From an uncultured Candidatus Binatia bacterium (GTDB taxonomy: Bacteria > Desulfobacterota > Binatia > UBA9968 > JAJDTQ01), in NCBI GenBank assembly GCA_965215605.1, contig OZ244070.1, positions 96,001-160,000 on the forward strand: DNA of 64,000 nt, in the 5' to 3' direction. Shown here in pieces: positions 1-7,893 of this stretch; the first letter of the stretch is position 1, and every line of letters begins with the position of its first letter. The notes beneath the pieces were generated by a model. It saw nothing but the letters and a program-made list of their open reading frames with translations. It ran no database searches and was not told where the DNA came from. A program made the position numbers and the translations under genes.

Positions 1-1
1 G

Positions 2-424
2 TACGTCGACCCGGACGGCTACTTCTTCACCGCCGACACCCTGGCGGACCTCGCCGCCGCCATCGAGAACCCCTGGCAGGCCGCGCCCATGACCGGAACG
101 GCCCTGGAAGAAACCGTACGCCGTTACAACAGCTTCGTGGATTCCGGCACCGACGAGGACTTCGGCAAGCCCTCCCCCAGGTACAAGATCGAGAAGCCAC
201 CCTTCCATGCTGCTTGGGGAACCCCACTGGTCCACGACAGCCGCGCCGGCCTGCGCATCAACGAGAAGTGCGAGGTGCTGGACATGAACGGCCAGATCAT
301 CCCCGGCCTCTACTGCGGCGGCGAGTCCGCCGGCGGCTTCAACCAGCACGGCATGGGCCGCTGTACCGTGCAGGGGCTGATCGCCGGCAGGGAAGCGGCG
401 GCGGAGGCCCCACACGGCCTTTGA
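2..424 (+). CDS. FAD-dependent oxidoreductase (flavocytochrome c / fumarate reductase-like), C-terminal part; 5' end outside window
   Basis: Frame open from base 2 (YVDPDGYFFTADTLADLAAAI...); GLRINEKCEVLDMNGQIIPGLYCGGE matches FAD_binding_2 C-terminus. Confidence 0.8.
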   Translation, partial: YVDPDGYFFTADTLADLAAAIENPWQAAPMTGTALEETVRRYNSFVDSGTDEDFGKPSPRYKIEKPPFHAAWGTPLVHDSRAGLRINEKCEVLDMNGQIIPGLYCGGESAGGFNQHGMGRCTVQGLIAGREAAAEAPHGL

Positions 425-482
425 CAACCGCGTTCATTAACGGGATAAGAGGTTCATCAAGGGTTCAAAAGGAGGAACCGTC

Positions 483-1616
483 ATGGAACAAGCCATCATC
501 TCGGCAGACTCGCATGTGATCGAAGTCCCGGACCTCTGGGAGAAGGGATTGCCGGCGTCCATGAGGGACCGGGCGCCCAAGGCCTACTTCGACGAGGGAC
601 GCGACGCCTGGATGTTCGGATCGCCGGACGTGGTGCCGCAAGCCGTGGGCGGGCTGTTCATGGCGGGCCAGCGGCCGGAACAGGTGGAGGAGTTCCGCCG
701 GGCGGGCTTCTCCGTGGCGCGGCCCGGCGGCTGGGACCCGGTGGAGCGCGTCAAGGACATGGCCCAGGACGGCGTGTCGGGTGAGGTCCTCTACCCCAGC
801 CTCGGACTCGGATTCTTCTGCGTCGAGGACCCGTTGTTCCAGGAAGGCCTGTTCCGGACCTACAACGACTGGCTCATCGAATACTGCAAGGGCGCCCCAG
901 ACCGGCTGTTCGGCGTTGCCCTGATCTCGGCCTTCGACATGGACCACGCCCTCGCCGAGATGGAACGCTGCAAGAAGGAAGGGATGGTCGGCACCCTGAT
1001 CTGGCAGGTGCCCCACAAGGACCTGCCGTTCACCTCGGACCACTACGAGCGGTTCTGGGCGGCTTCCCAGGACCTGGACATGCCGGTGCACCTGCATATC
1101 CTGACGGGCTTCGGCGACAGCATGCACCGCCAGACGGCCACGGGCATGAAACGCTACCGCATCGGCGTCGAGCAGACCCGGGAGATCGAGGACGCGCTCT
1201 TCGACGTCATCTTCTCCGGCGTGCTCGAGCGTTACCCCAGGCTCAAGATCGTCTCGGTAGAGAACGAGATCGGCTGGATCCCCTTCTGGCTCGGCCAGTG
1301 TGACAAGAACTTCCGGCGCCACCGCCACGCGCAGCCTTTGTCCATCGACAAGCCGCCCAGCGAATACTTCGCCCGGCAGGTCTACGCCACCTTCTTCAAC
1401 GACCACATCGGCGGGCGGCTGTTTTCCTGGTTCGGCGCGGACAACTGCATGTGGTCCAACGACTACCCGCACCAGAACTCGACGTGGCCCCACTCGCAAG
1501 ACGTCATCGCCCGGGACCTCGGCCCACTCGACGCCGCCGACCGCGCGAAGCTGCTCAACACCAACGTGGCGAGGCTCTACAACCTGAACGTGTCGCCGCT
1601 GATGAACGCGGCCTGA
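483..1616 (+). CDS. Amidohydrolase_2 family protein
   Basis: ISADSH metal motif, LHI, WSNDYPH; SD AAGGAGG upstream. Confidence 0.9.
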   Translation: MEQAIISADSHVIEVPDLWEKGLPASMRDRAPKAYFDEGRDAWMFGSPDVVPQAVGGLFMAGQRPEQVEEFRRAGFSVARPGGWDPVERVKDMAQDGVSGEVLYPSLGLGFFCVEDPLFQEGLFRTYNDWLIEYCKGAPDRLFGVALISAFDMDHALAEMERCKKEGMVGTLIWQVPHKDLPFTSDHYERFWAASQDLDMPVHLHILTGFGDSMHRQTATGMKRYRIGVEQTREIEDALFDVIFSGVLERYPRLKIVSVENEIGWIPFWLGQCDKNFRRHRHAQPLSIDKPPSEYFARQVYATFFNDHIGGRLFSWFGADNCMWSNDYPHQNSTWPHSQDVIARDLGPLDAADRAKLLNTNVARLYNLNVSPLMNAA

Positions 1617-1661
1617 GGGCCATCAACACCTCTGCTGATCCAGCAATATCAAGGAGGAACC

Positions 1662-2675
1662 ATGAAAACATTCGTTCGCGCAGGCCTGTTACTCGTAACC
1701 GGAGCTCTTTGTCTCGCCGCGCCGCTGAACGCCCAGACGGCCCTGTCCCTGGGCACGTCGACGGTGGGCGCCCGGTTCCACATTCTCGCCGTTGGCATGG
1801 GCGATACCGTGAGCCGGAACTCCAACATCAGCGTCACCGTGGAGCCCATCGGCGGCAGCGACGCCAACGTGCGCGCATTGACGGCCAAGCGCATCGAGGT
1901 GGCGATGCTGAACTCGCTGGCGGGTACCCACGGCTACCACGGCATCGGATCGTTCAAGAAGGACGGCAAGGCGCCGTTGCGGCTGCTGTTCCAGGGCGGG
2001 CTCGGCGCCCGCGCCATCGTCGCCCGCGGCGACCGCGGCATCAACACACCGGCAGACCTCAACGGCAAGACCGTGCAGGGGAAGCGGAAATCGCTGGCGG
2101 ATCTCGAAGCCTTCACCCGCGCGATCATGCGGGTCTACGGCATCCCCGAGAACGGCGTGAAGATCCTCCGCCACGGCAATACCAACGAACAGCTCGAATC
2201 CCTCAAGCTGGGTGCGGCGGACGCGGCGGTAATGCCGTTCGGCAGCCCTCAGACGGGCTCGCCGCCGATCCGGCGCCTGGCCCAGGCCATCTCGCTCAAG
2301 GTCATCCCCATCCCCGCGGACAAGGCCGCGGAAATCCTCAAGGACCCGCGGCTTCAGGGATATCGGCAAGCCAAGATCGCCAAGGGCTCCATCAAGGGCC
2401 TCGATGCGGACGTGAATTCTCTGGCCGTGGGAACCTTCACCGCCACCCGTGCGGATATGGCGGATGACACGGCCTACACCTTCACCAAGGCGTTCTTCGA
2501 GAACCTGAAGCAGTTCTATCCGGTGCACGCCTCGGCGAAGCAGTACACGCTCGAGGGAAGTCTGGCCAATCCGACGATCCCGTTTCACCCCGGCGCCATC
2601 CGTTACTACAAGGAGATCGGCGCCTGGACGGACGCTCTGGCCAAGACTCAGAAGGATCTGCTCGCCAGCCAATGA
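1662..2675 (+). CDS. TAXI-type TRAP transporter solute-binding subunit
   Basis: Signal peptide, GGSDANV, IPFHPGAIRYYKEIG; SD AAGGAGG. Confidence 0.9.
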   Translation: MKTFVRAGLLLVTGALCLAAPLNAQTALSLGTSTVGARFHILAVGMGDTVSRNSNISVTVEPIGGSDANVRALTAKRIEVAMLNSLAGTHGYHGIGSFKKDGKAPLRLLFQGGLGARAIVARGDRGINTPADLNGKTVQGKRKSLADLEAFTRAIMRVYGIPENGVKILRHGNTNEQLESLKLGAADAAVMPFGSPQTGSPPIRRLAQAISLKVIPIPADKAAEILKDPRLQGYRQAKIAKGSIKGLDADVNSLAVGTFTATRADMADDTAYTFTKAFFENLKQFYPVHASAKQYTLEGSLANPTIPFHPGAIRYYKEIGAWTDALAKTQKDLLASQ

Positions 2676-2722
2676 TCCGCTTGGTGCCGCCTTCGTGCGA
2701 TTGACGGCGGCCAAGGCACTCC

Positions 2723-4642
2723 ATGGCTGACATCGGATCCCCCGAACCGAGCCCGTCCCAGGACTCCCGTACGTCCTGGGATCGGGTCATCGATCTCCTC
2801 GCCTTCCTCACCGCCGTCTACCACCTCATCGTGGTGGGGCGGACCTTCATCTACCTGGGCATCTTCTATCCGACGCCCTTCCATCGGGCCGTGAGCCTTA
2901 CCTTCGCGTTGCTGCTGGCCTATCTCATCCGCATGCGCCGGCGCAGCGGCCGGGGCGCCGGCTTCTGGGCCGACCTGGGGCTCCTGCTCATGGCCATGGC
3001 GCCCCTGGGCTACATTATCTTCTTTTACGAGCACGTCACCGACTACGACGAATACGGCTTCCTCGACCTCGCCGGCATGGCCCTCGCCTTCTCCCTGGCC
3101 ATCTCCCTGCTGGTGGCGCTCAAGCGCGCCGTGGGCTGGGTGCTGGTGACCATCGTCTGCGTGTTCATGGCCGTGGCCCGTTACCAGAACATCCTGCCGG
3201 GCCTGCTGTTCGGCAAGGGTTATGCCTGGGACCGGCTGACCTACGCGGTGTACGTGCCCGGCGAGGGCATCTTCGGGGTGCCCCTGGGGGTGGCGTCCAC
3301 CATCGTCATGGTGTTCCTGATGTTCGCCCACTTGCTGCAAAGGGCCGGCGTGGGCGAGTGGTTCAGCGAACTGGCCATGGCCATCGCGGGCTGGACCCGC
3401 GGCGGCGCCGCCAAGACCGCGGTTCTGGCATCGGCGTTCTTCGGCACCATCTCCGGCTCGCCGTCGGCCAACGCCGCCACCACCGGAGCGGTGACCATCC
3501 CGCTCATGATACGGGCCGGCTACCGCCCGGGCTTCGCCGGCGCGGTGGAGGCGGCGTCGTCCGCCGGCGGCCAGATCCTGCCGCCGGTCATGGGCGCCAT
3601 CGCCTTCGTGATGGCGGACTTCCTGGGCGCGCCCTACTACCAGATCGCGCTGGCGGCCGCCGTGCCCGCTTTCCTCTACTTCGTCATCGTGTTCATGGGG
3701 GTGGACTTCGAGGCCGCCCGGCAGGGGTTGGCGGGAATGCCCCGAAGCGAGCTGCCGGCGCTGGGGGCGACGTTCAGGAAGGGATGGTTCTTCCTGCTGC
3801 CCATCGGCCTCATGATCTACCTGATGCTGGTGCAGAAGTTCGACCCGGACATGGCCGGTATCTTCAGCCTGCCGCTGCTGGTGGCGGTGAGCTTCCTGTC
3901 CAAGGACCGCGACAAACGGCTTTACCCCGAGAAAATCCACGGCGCCCTGGTATCGGCGGTGAAGGCATGGATCCCGTTGGCCATCCTCACCGCGGCGGTG
4001 GGCATGCTGGTGGCGGCGCTGGGGCTGAGCGGCCTGGGGACGAAGTTCTCCCGCGCGCTGGTGGACCTGAGCGGCGGCAACCTGCCCATCGCGCTGGCTA
4101 TGGTGGGCGTTGCCAGCCTGATCCTGGGCATGGGCATGGATTCCCTGCCCGCCTACATCACCGTGGCCACGCTGTGCGCGCCCGCGCTGGTGTTGATGGG
4201 CGTGCCCGACATCGCCGCGCACCTGTTCGTGGTCTACTGGGGGCTGGCGTCCCACATCACGCCGCCGGTGTGCGTGACCGTGTTCGTCACATGCAGCATC
4301 AGTGGCGCCGGGATCTGGGAAACCGGCAAGGACGCCGTGCGTCTTGCCATCGGCAAGTACCTGCTGCCGTTCTCCTTCGCGCTCCACCCCGCGTTGCTGC
4401 TGCAGGGGACCGCGGACGCCGTGCTGCTGGCGGCCCTGTCCGCCCTGGTCGGCGCCGTCAGCCTGTCGGCCGGGACCATCGGCTACGGGCTGATCCCGCT
4501 CACATGGCCCGTCCGGTTGGTGCACATCGCCGGCGGCGTGCTGCTGATCCTGCCGGGTTGGAACATGCTCGGGATGGGATCGGCGCTGGTGGCGGCGGGG
4601 TTGCTGATGCAATTGCGGGGATGGCGGGCGGCACGGGCCTGA
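2723..4642 (+). CDS. TRAP transporter fused 4TM/12TM permease
   Basis: GGAAKTAV, GTISGS, GGQILPPVMGA, SHITPPV motifs; highly hydrophobic. Confidence 0.92.
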   Translation: MADIGSPEPSPSQDSRTSWDRVIDLLAFLTAVYHLIVVGRTFIYLGIFYPTPFHRAVSLTFALLLAYLIRMRRRSGRGAGFWADLGLLLMAMAPLGYIIFFYEHVTDYDEYGFLDLAGMALAFSLAISLLVALKRAVGWVLVTIVCVFMAVARYQNILPGLLFGKGYAWDRLTYAVYVPGEGIFGVPLGVASTIVMVFLMFAHLLQRAGVGEWFSELAMAIAGWTRGGAAKTAVLASAFFGTISGSPSANAATTGAVTIPLMIRAGYRPGFAGAVEAASSAGGQILPPVMGAIAFVMADFLGAPYYQIALAAAVPAFLYFVIVFMGVDFEAARQGLAGMPRSELPALGATFRKGWFFLLPIGLMIYLMLVQKFDPDMAGIFSLPLLVAVSFLSKDRDKRLYPEKIHGALVSAVKAWIPLAILTAAVGMLVAALGLSGLGTKFSRALVDLSGGNLPIALAMVGVASLILGMGMDSLPAYITVATLCAPALVLMGVPDIAAHLFVVYWGLASHITPPVCVTVFVTCSISGAGIWETGKDAVRLAIGKYLLPFSFALHPALLLQGTADAVLLAALSALVGAVSLSAGTIGYGLIPLTWPVRLVHIAGGVLLILPGWNMLGMGSALVAAGLLMQLRGWRAARA

Positions 4643-4648
4643 GACGGA

Positions 4649-5374
4649 CTACACCATCTCCTCCAGCAGCCGCCCGTATCCCATCACCGACTCGTTGACA
4701 TGGAGCCGCTTCTGGATGGCCCAAACGCGGGCCGGAACCGGGTGCACCACCGGCACCTGCAGGTCCTGCTCCAGCAGTTCGATGATATCCAGCGTGCGCC
4801 AGCCGGAGCCGAGCATGTAGATGGCGTCCGCGCCCTTGTGCTTGAGGAACGCGTTGCGGATATGGGCGTAGACTTCCTGCCCGGCGAGCTTCCCCACTTC
4901 CTCGAACTCAACCGGGATGCCCTCCATGGCCAGCACATCGAACCCCGCCTCCACAAAATACTTTGCGAAGGTCTGGTTGATGTCGCCGGTGAAGTAGGTG
5001 ACCCCGAGGATCTTCTTGGCCTTGAGCGCCTTCAGGGCCTCGATCTGGGTCATGCCGGCGGTGACCATGGGGATCTTGTACTTGCGCTCCCAGGCCCGGA
5101 TGGTGCGTCGTTCGCCCTTGACTCCCTGGAACATGAACGGTGGCGCGCCTTCCGGGTGGATCAGGTCCACTCCGTAGCCGGCGAGTTGGGCCACCCGCTC
5201 CTCGTAGGCCTTCATGGCCTGCTGGAACTCGTCCGCGGTACCCCGCTGAAAGCCGATGAAGAGCGGTATGATGCCGATGCCCTCCGGCATCATCCGGATG
5301 AACTCCTCCAGGGACCCGGGCCGCATGGTCGGCTTGACCACGCCCACGGTGCCGCGCCAACTCGTATATGCCAT
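4649..5374 (-). CDS. Maleate isomerase / arylmalonate decarboxylase (Asp/Glu racemase superfamily) protein lacking cysteines
   Basis: GVVKP, ALKALKAKKI, LEQDLQVPVV, GYGRLL family pattern; no Cys in translation. Confidence 0.8.
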   Translation of the reverse strand: MAYTSWRGTVGVVKPTMRPGSLEEFIRMMPEGIGIIPLFIGFQRGTADEFQQAMKAYEERVAQLAGYGVDLIHPEGAPPFMFQGVKGERRTIRAWERKYKIPMVTAGMTQIEALKALKAKKILGVTYFTGDINQTFAKYFVEAGFDVLAMEGIPVEFEEVGKLAGQEVYAHIRNAFLKHKGADAIYMLGSGWRTLDIIELLEQDLQVPVVHPVPARVWAIQKRLHVNESVMGYGRLLEEMV

Positions 5375-5586
5375 TCACGACTCCTTCTTGGTGGAAAATT
5401 GGACCTCTCGGACGCTAACCGAAGCTCCGCGGTTTTTCAACTCCACGGTCGCCACCGCTTCTGTGCAGGGCTTGAAACGGATCCATGATCGCGGCGCCTT
5501 GCCGGCGGCGGGAATTCCTGCGCATATTCTTGAGCGTATTCATGGCACCCATCACCGTCACCCGCCCGGGCAATCCGACCTGATCC

Positions 5587-6459
5587 GTGGACAACTGGCA
5601 CATCCCGCTGCTGGCTCTGGGAGCCGCCCTGTGCTTCTCCTCCGGCCAGATCTGCTCCCGTCTGGGCCTGAACCACGGCACTCCCACCAGCGCCATCTCC
5701 TTCTCGCTTTTCACCTCCACCGTCATCCTGCTGCTGGTGCTGGGGCCGCTGGCTTCCTGGGACAACGCGCTGCCGGCCGGGCTGCTGCTGTTTACCGGGG
5801 CCGGGATGCTGTCGCCCTTCTGCACCCAGATCCTGCTGTTCATCTCCGCCAACAAGGTCGGCATCTCCCGGGCCTCGCCGCTGCGCAACACGACGCCGCT
5901 CTTCGCCGGCGTGGTGGCGGTGTTGTGGCTGGGGGAAACCATGACCGTGGCCATCGCCTCCGGCACGCTGCTGATCATTATCGGCGCGACTCTGCTGGGC
6001 ATGAGGGATTCCGAGGCGAACACCCCGTACCAGCCCATCTACCTGCTGCTACCCGTTCTGGCGGCGTTTCTGGGCGGATTCTCGAGCCCCATGCGCAAAC
6101 TCGGCTACAGCATGGTCGACTCCGTGCCGCTGGCCATCTGCGTGGTGCAGGGAGCGGCCTTCGTGGCGCTGGTGCTCTATCTGCTGGCGACGGGGAAATA
6201 CCGGGAGCTGATCTTCCGGCGTGAGACAATCATGTGGTTCGGCCTGTCGGGGGTGCTCAACAGCGTGGCCGTGTCCTTGAACATGACCGCCCTGGAGATG
6301 GGAAACGTGGTCCTGGTCTCGCCCCTCATTTCCACCACCCCGCTCTTCACGGTGATCCTGAGCACCGTCTTTCTGCGCTCCTTCGAACGGGTGACGCTCA
6401 AGGTCCTCGCGGGGGCGGCGGCGATCTGCCTCGGAGGGATCGTGCTCACCGTGTTCTGA
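5587..6459 (+). CDS. EamA/DMT family transporter
   Basis: About 10 TM segments, duplicated EamA pattern (SPLRNTTPLF / SPLISTTPLF). Confidence 0.88.
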   Translation: MDNWHIPLLALGAALCFSSGQICSRLGLNHGTPTSAISFSLFTSTVILLLVLGPLASWDNALPAGLLLFTGAGMLSPFCTQILLFISANKVGISRASPLRNTTPLFAGVVAVLWLGETMTVAIASGTLLIIIGATLLGMRDSEANTPYQPIYLLLPVLAAFLGGFSSPMRKLGYSMVDSVPLAICVVQGAAFVALVLYLLATGKYRELIFRRETIMWFGLSGVLNSVAVSLNMTALEMGNVVLVSPLISTTPLFTVILSTVFLRSFERVTLKVLAGAAAICLGGIVLTVF

Positions 6460-6488
6460 TGCGCGGGTGAACCGTATGGCGGCGCGGC

Positions 6489-7190
6489 CTACCCGAGCAG
6501 CTTGCCGAATCCGGGCAGCGACGGCTTCAGCCCCAGTCCCGTCAAGGCGTCCCATATCCACGCCTGAGTGTTGGTGATGACGGGCTTGCCCAGATCGGCC
6601 TCCAGCCGCTCGATGACGGAAGACACCCTCCACTTGTTGCAGGGCATGTAGATGCCGTCCACGTTGGGACACTCCTCCAGGACGGCGGCGGCGAGATCGT
6701 AGCCGGTCTCGGGCGGGAGCTCCCAGATCTCCTGGGTGTTGTCGTAGCCCAGGCCTCGGTTGGCGGCCACCTCGATGTTGTAGTGATCGAGGAACCGGAT
6801 GAGGTTCTCGTCCTGATCGTGTGGGAAAGGCGAAGCCATGACCACCCGGTACATGTCCAGGGACTTCAGCGCGCGCACCACCGCGGTGAGCACCGTCGAG
6901 GCCTTCACCGGCGTGATCTCCCGCACGGAATCCAGCACCAGCCGGTCCGAACCCGGACCGCGGTAGGAGAGGAACAACTCCCCCGTGATCATGAGGAAGT
7001 CCAGGGGATCCCTGGCGAGGTCACGGACGACGTCGGCGAAGTCCTCCTCCACCTTCGCGAAGGTCTCGTCCGCGAACGTGGTGACATGAAGCGGCCGGCC
7101 CTTTATCTCGACGCCTTCCGGCAGAATGCGATAGTACTCCTGAATGGTCGGATCATCCAGATTGGGTGAGATCAGACCCAAAGTCTTCAT
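6489..7190 (-). CDS. Arylmalonate decarboxylase / maleate isomerase family protein
   Basis: Start MKTLGLISP after SD GGAGG; YMPCNKWR, LEADLGKPVITNTQA, GFGKLL. Confidence 0.85.
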   Translation of the reverse strand: MKTLGLISPNLDDPTIQEYYRILPEGVEIKGRPLHVTTFADETFAKVEEDFADVVRDLARDPLDFLMITGELFLSYRGPGSDRLVLDSVREITPVKASTVLTAVVRALKSLDMYRVVMASPFPHDQDENLIRFLDHYNIEVAANRGLGYDNTQEIWELPPETGYDLAAAVLEECPNVDGIYMPCNKWRVSSVIERLEADLGKPVITNTQAWIWDALTGLGLKPSLPGFGKLLG

Positions 7191-7459
7191 CAAATCCTCC
7201 AAACAGAAAAACCAGCGCATCCTCTCGGCGCGGTGCCTGCAAAGCACTCACCAAGCGGCGGCTGGTTCGTTCCGGATATGGTTTAGCCAATCATCTCGCT
7301 TGCGTTGCGGGGCCGGTGGAACACCGGTGGACCCGCACGGCCCGTTCGGCTGTAGGACGCCTACCAGAGCCGACTTTCGCTGTCAAGAACCCGCCCCCGG
7401 CTTGACTTTGACCGGCGGACCCATTTGAATCCATACCCGTCGCCACCCGCGGGTACCGG

Positions 7460-7870
7460 ATGAAACTGCTTACGTTCCTGGCCAAGAGCTTCCGCTGGAA
7501 GCCTTACGTCAAGGCCCTTGCCGAGGCTCCCGATCCACCCCGCGAGACCGCCGCGGTCACCGAGACCGTGGTGGTTTTCGTGGAAGTGGAGAAGGCCGAC
7601 AAGGACAACGTCTCGGTGCTCCGGCAGGCGCTGAAGCACATCAAGTGGCTGGCCGGGAAGAAGCGGATGACCAACGTCGTGCTCCATTCCTTCGCCCATC
7701 TCGGCGGCGAAAGCGCCGCCCCCGACGGCGCCCAACGGTTGATCGAGGAAGTGGCGGGGCGCTTGCGCCGCTCGGGGTACCAGGTCTGGACAACCCCTTT
7801 CGGCTACTTCTGCGAGTGGGACATCCGCGTGCACGGCGACAGCCTGGCGAAGGTCTGGAAGGAAATCTAG
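7460..7870 (+). CDS. Stand-alone archaeal-type threonyl-tRNA synthetase editing domain protein
   Basis: VFVEVEKAD, HSFAHL, TPFGYF, HGDSLAK resemble tRNA-Thr_ED family. Confidence 0.8.
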   Translation: MKLLTFLAKSFRWKPYVKALAEAPDPPRETAAVTETVVVFVEVEKADKDNVSVLRQALKHIKWLAGKKRMTNVVLHSFAHLGGESAAPDGAQRLIEEVAGRLRRSGYQVWTTPFGYFCEWDIRVHGDSLAKVWKEI

Positions 7871-7893
7871 TGTCCTGACAACGAGGTGGAACC

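Noticed and set aside
2648-4612. Long antisense/alternate-frame ORFs (also 8004-10037, 8068-9645, 29773-31398, 52404-54614, 54850-56745)
   Set aside because: Shadows of real genes caused by high GC3; low-complexity R/G/A/P-rich translations without motifs
7252-7302. c-di-GMP-I riboswitch resemblance (ACGCAAG...GGCTAAACC...AGCC)
   Set aside because: Lacks the GNRA-capped first stem and GCAAA spacing; reported only as an unclassified structured leader
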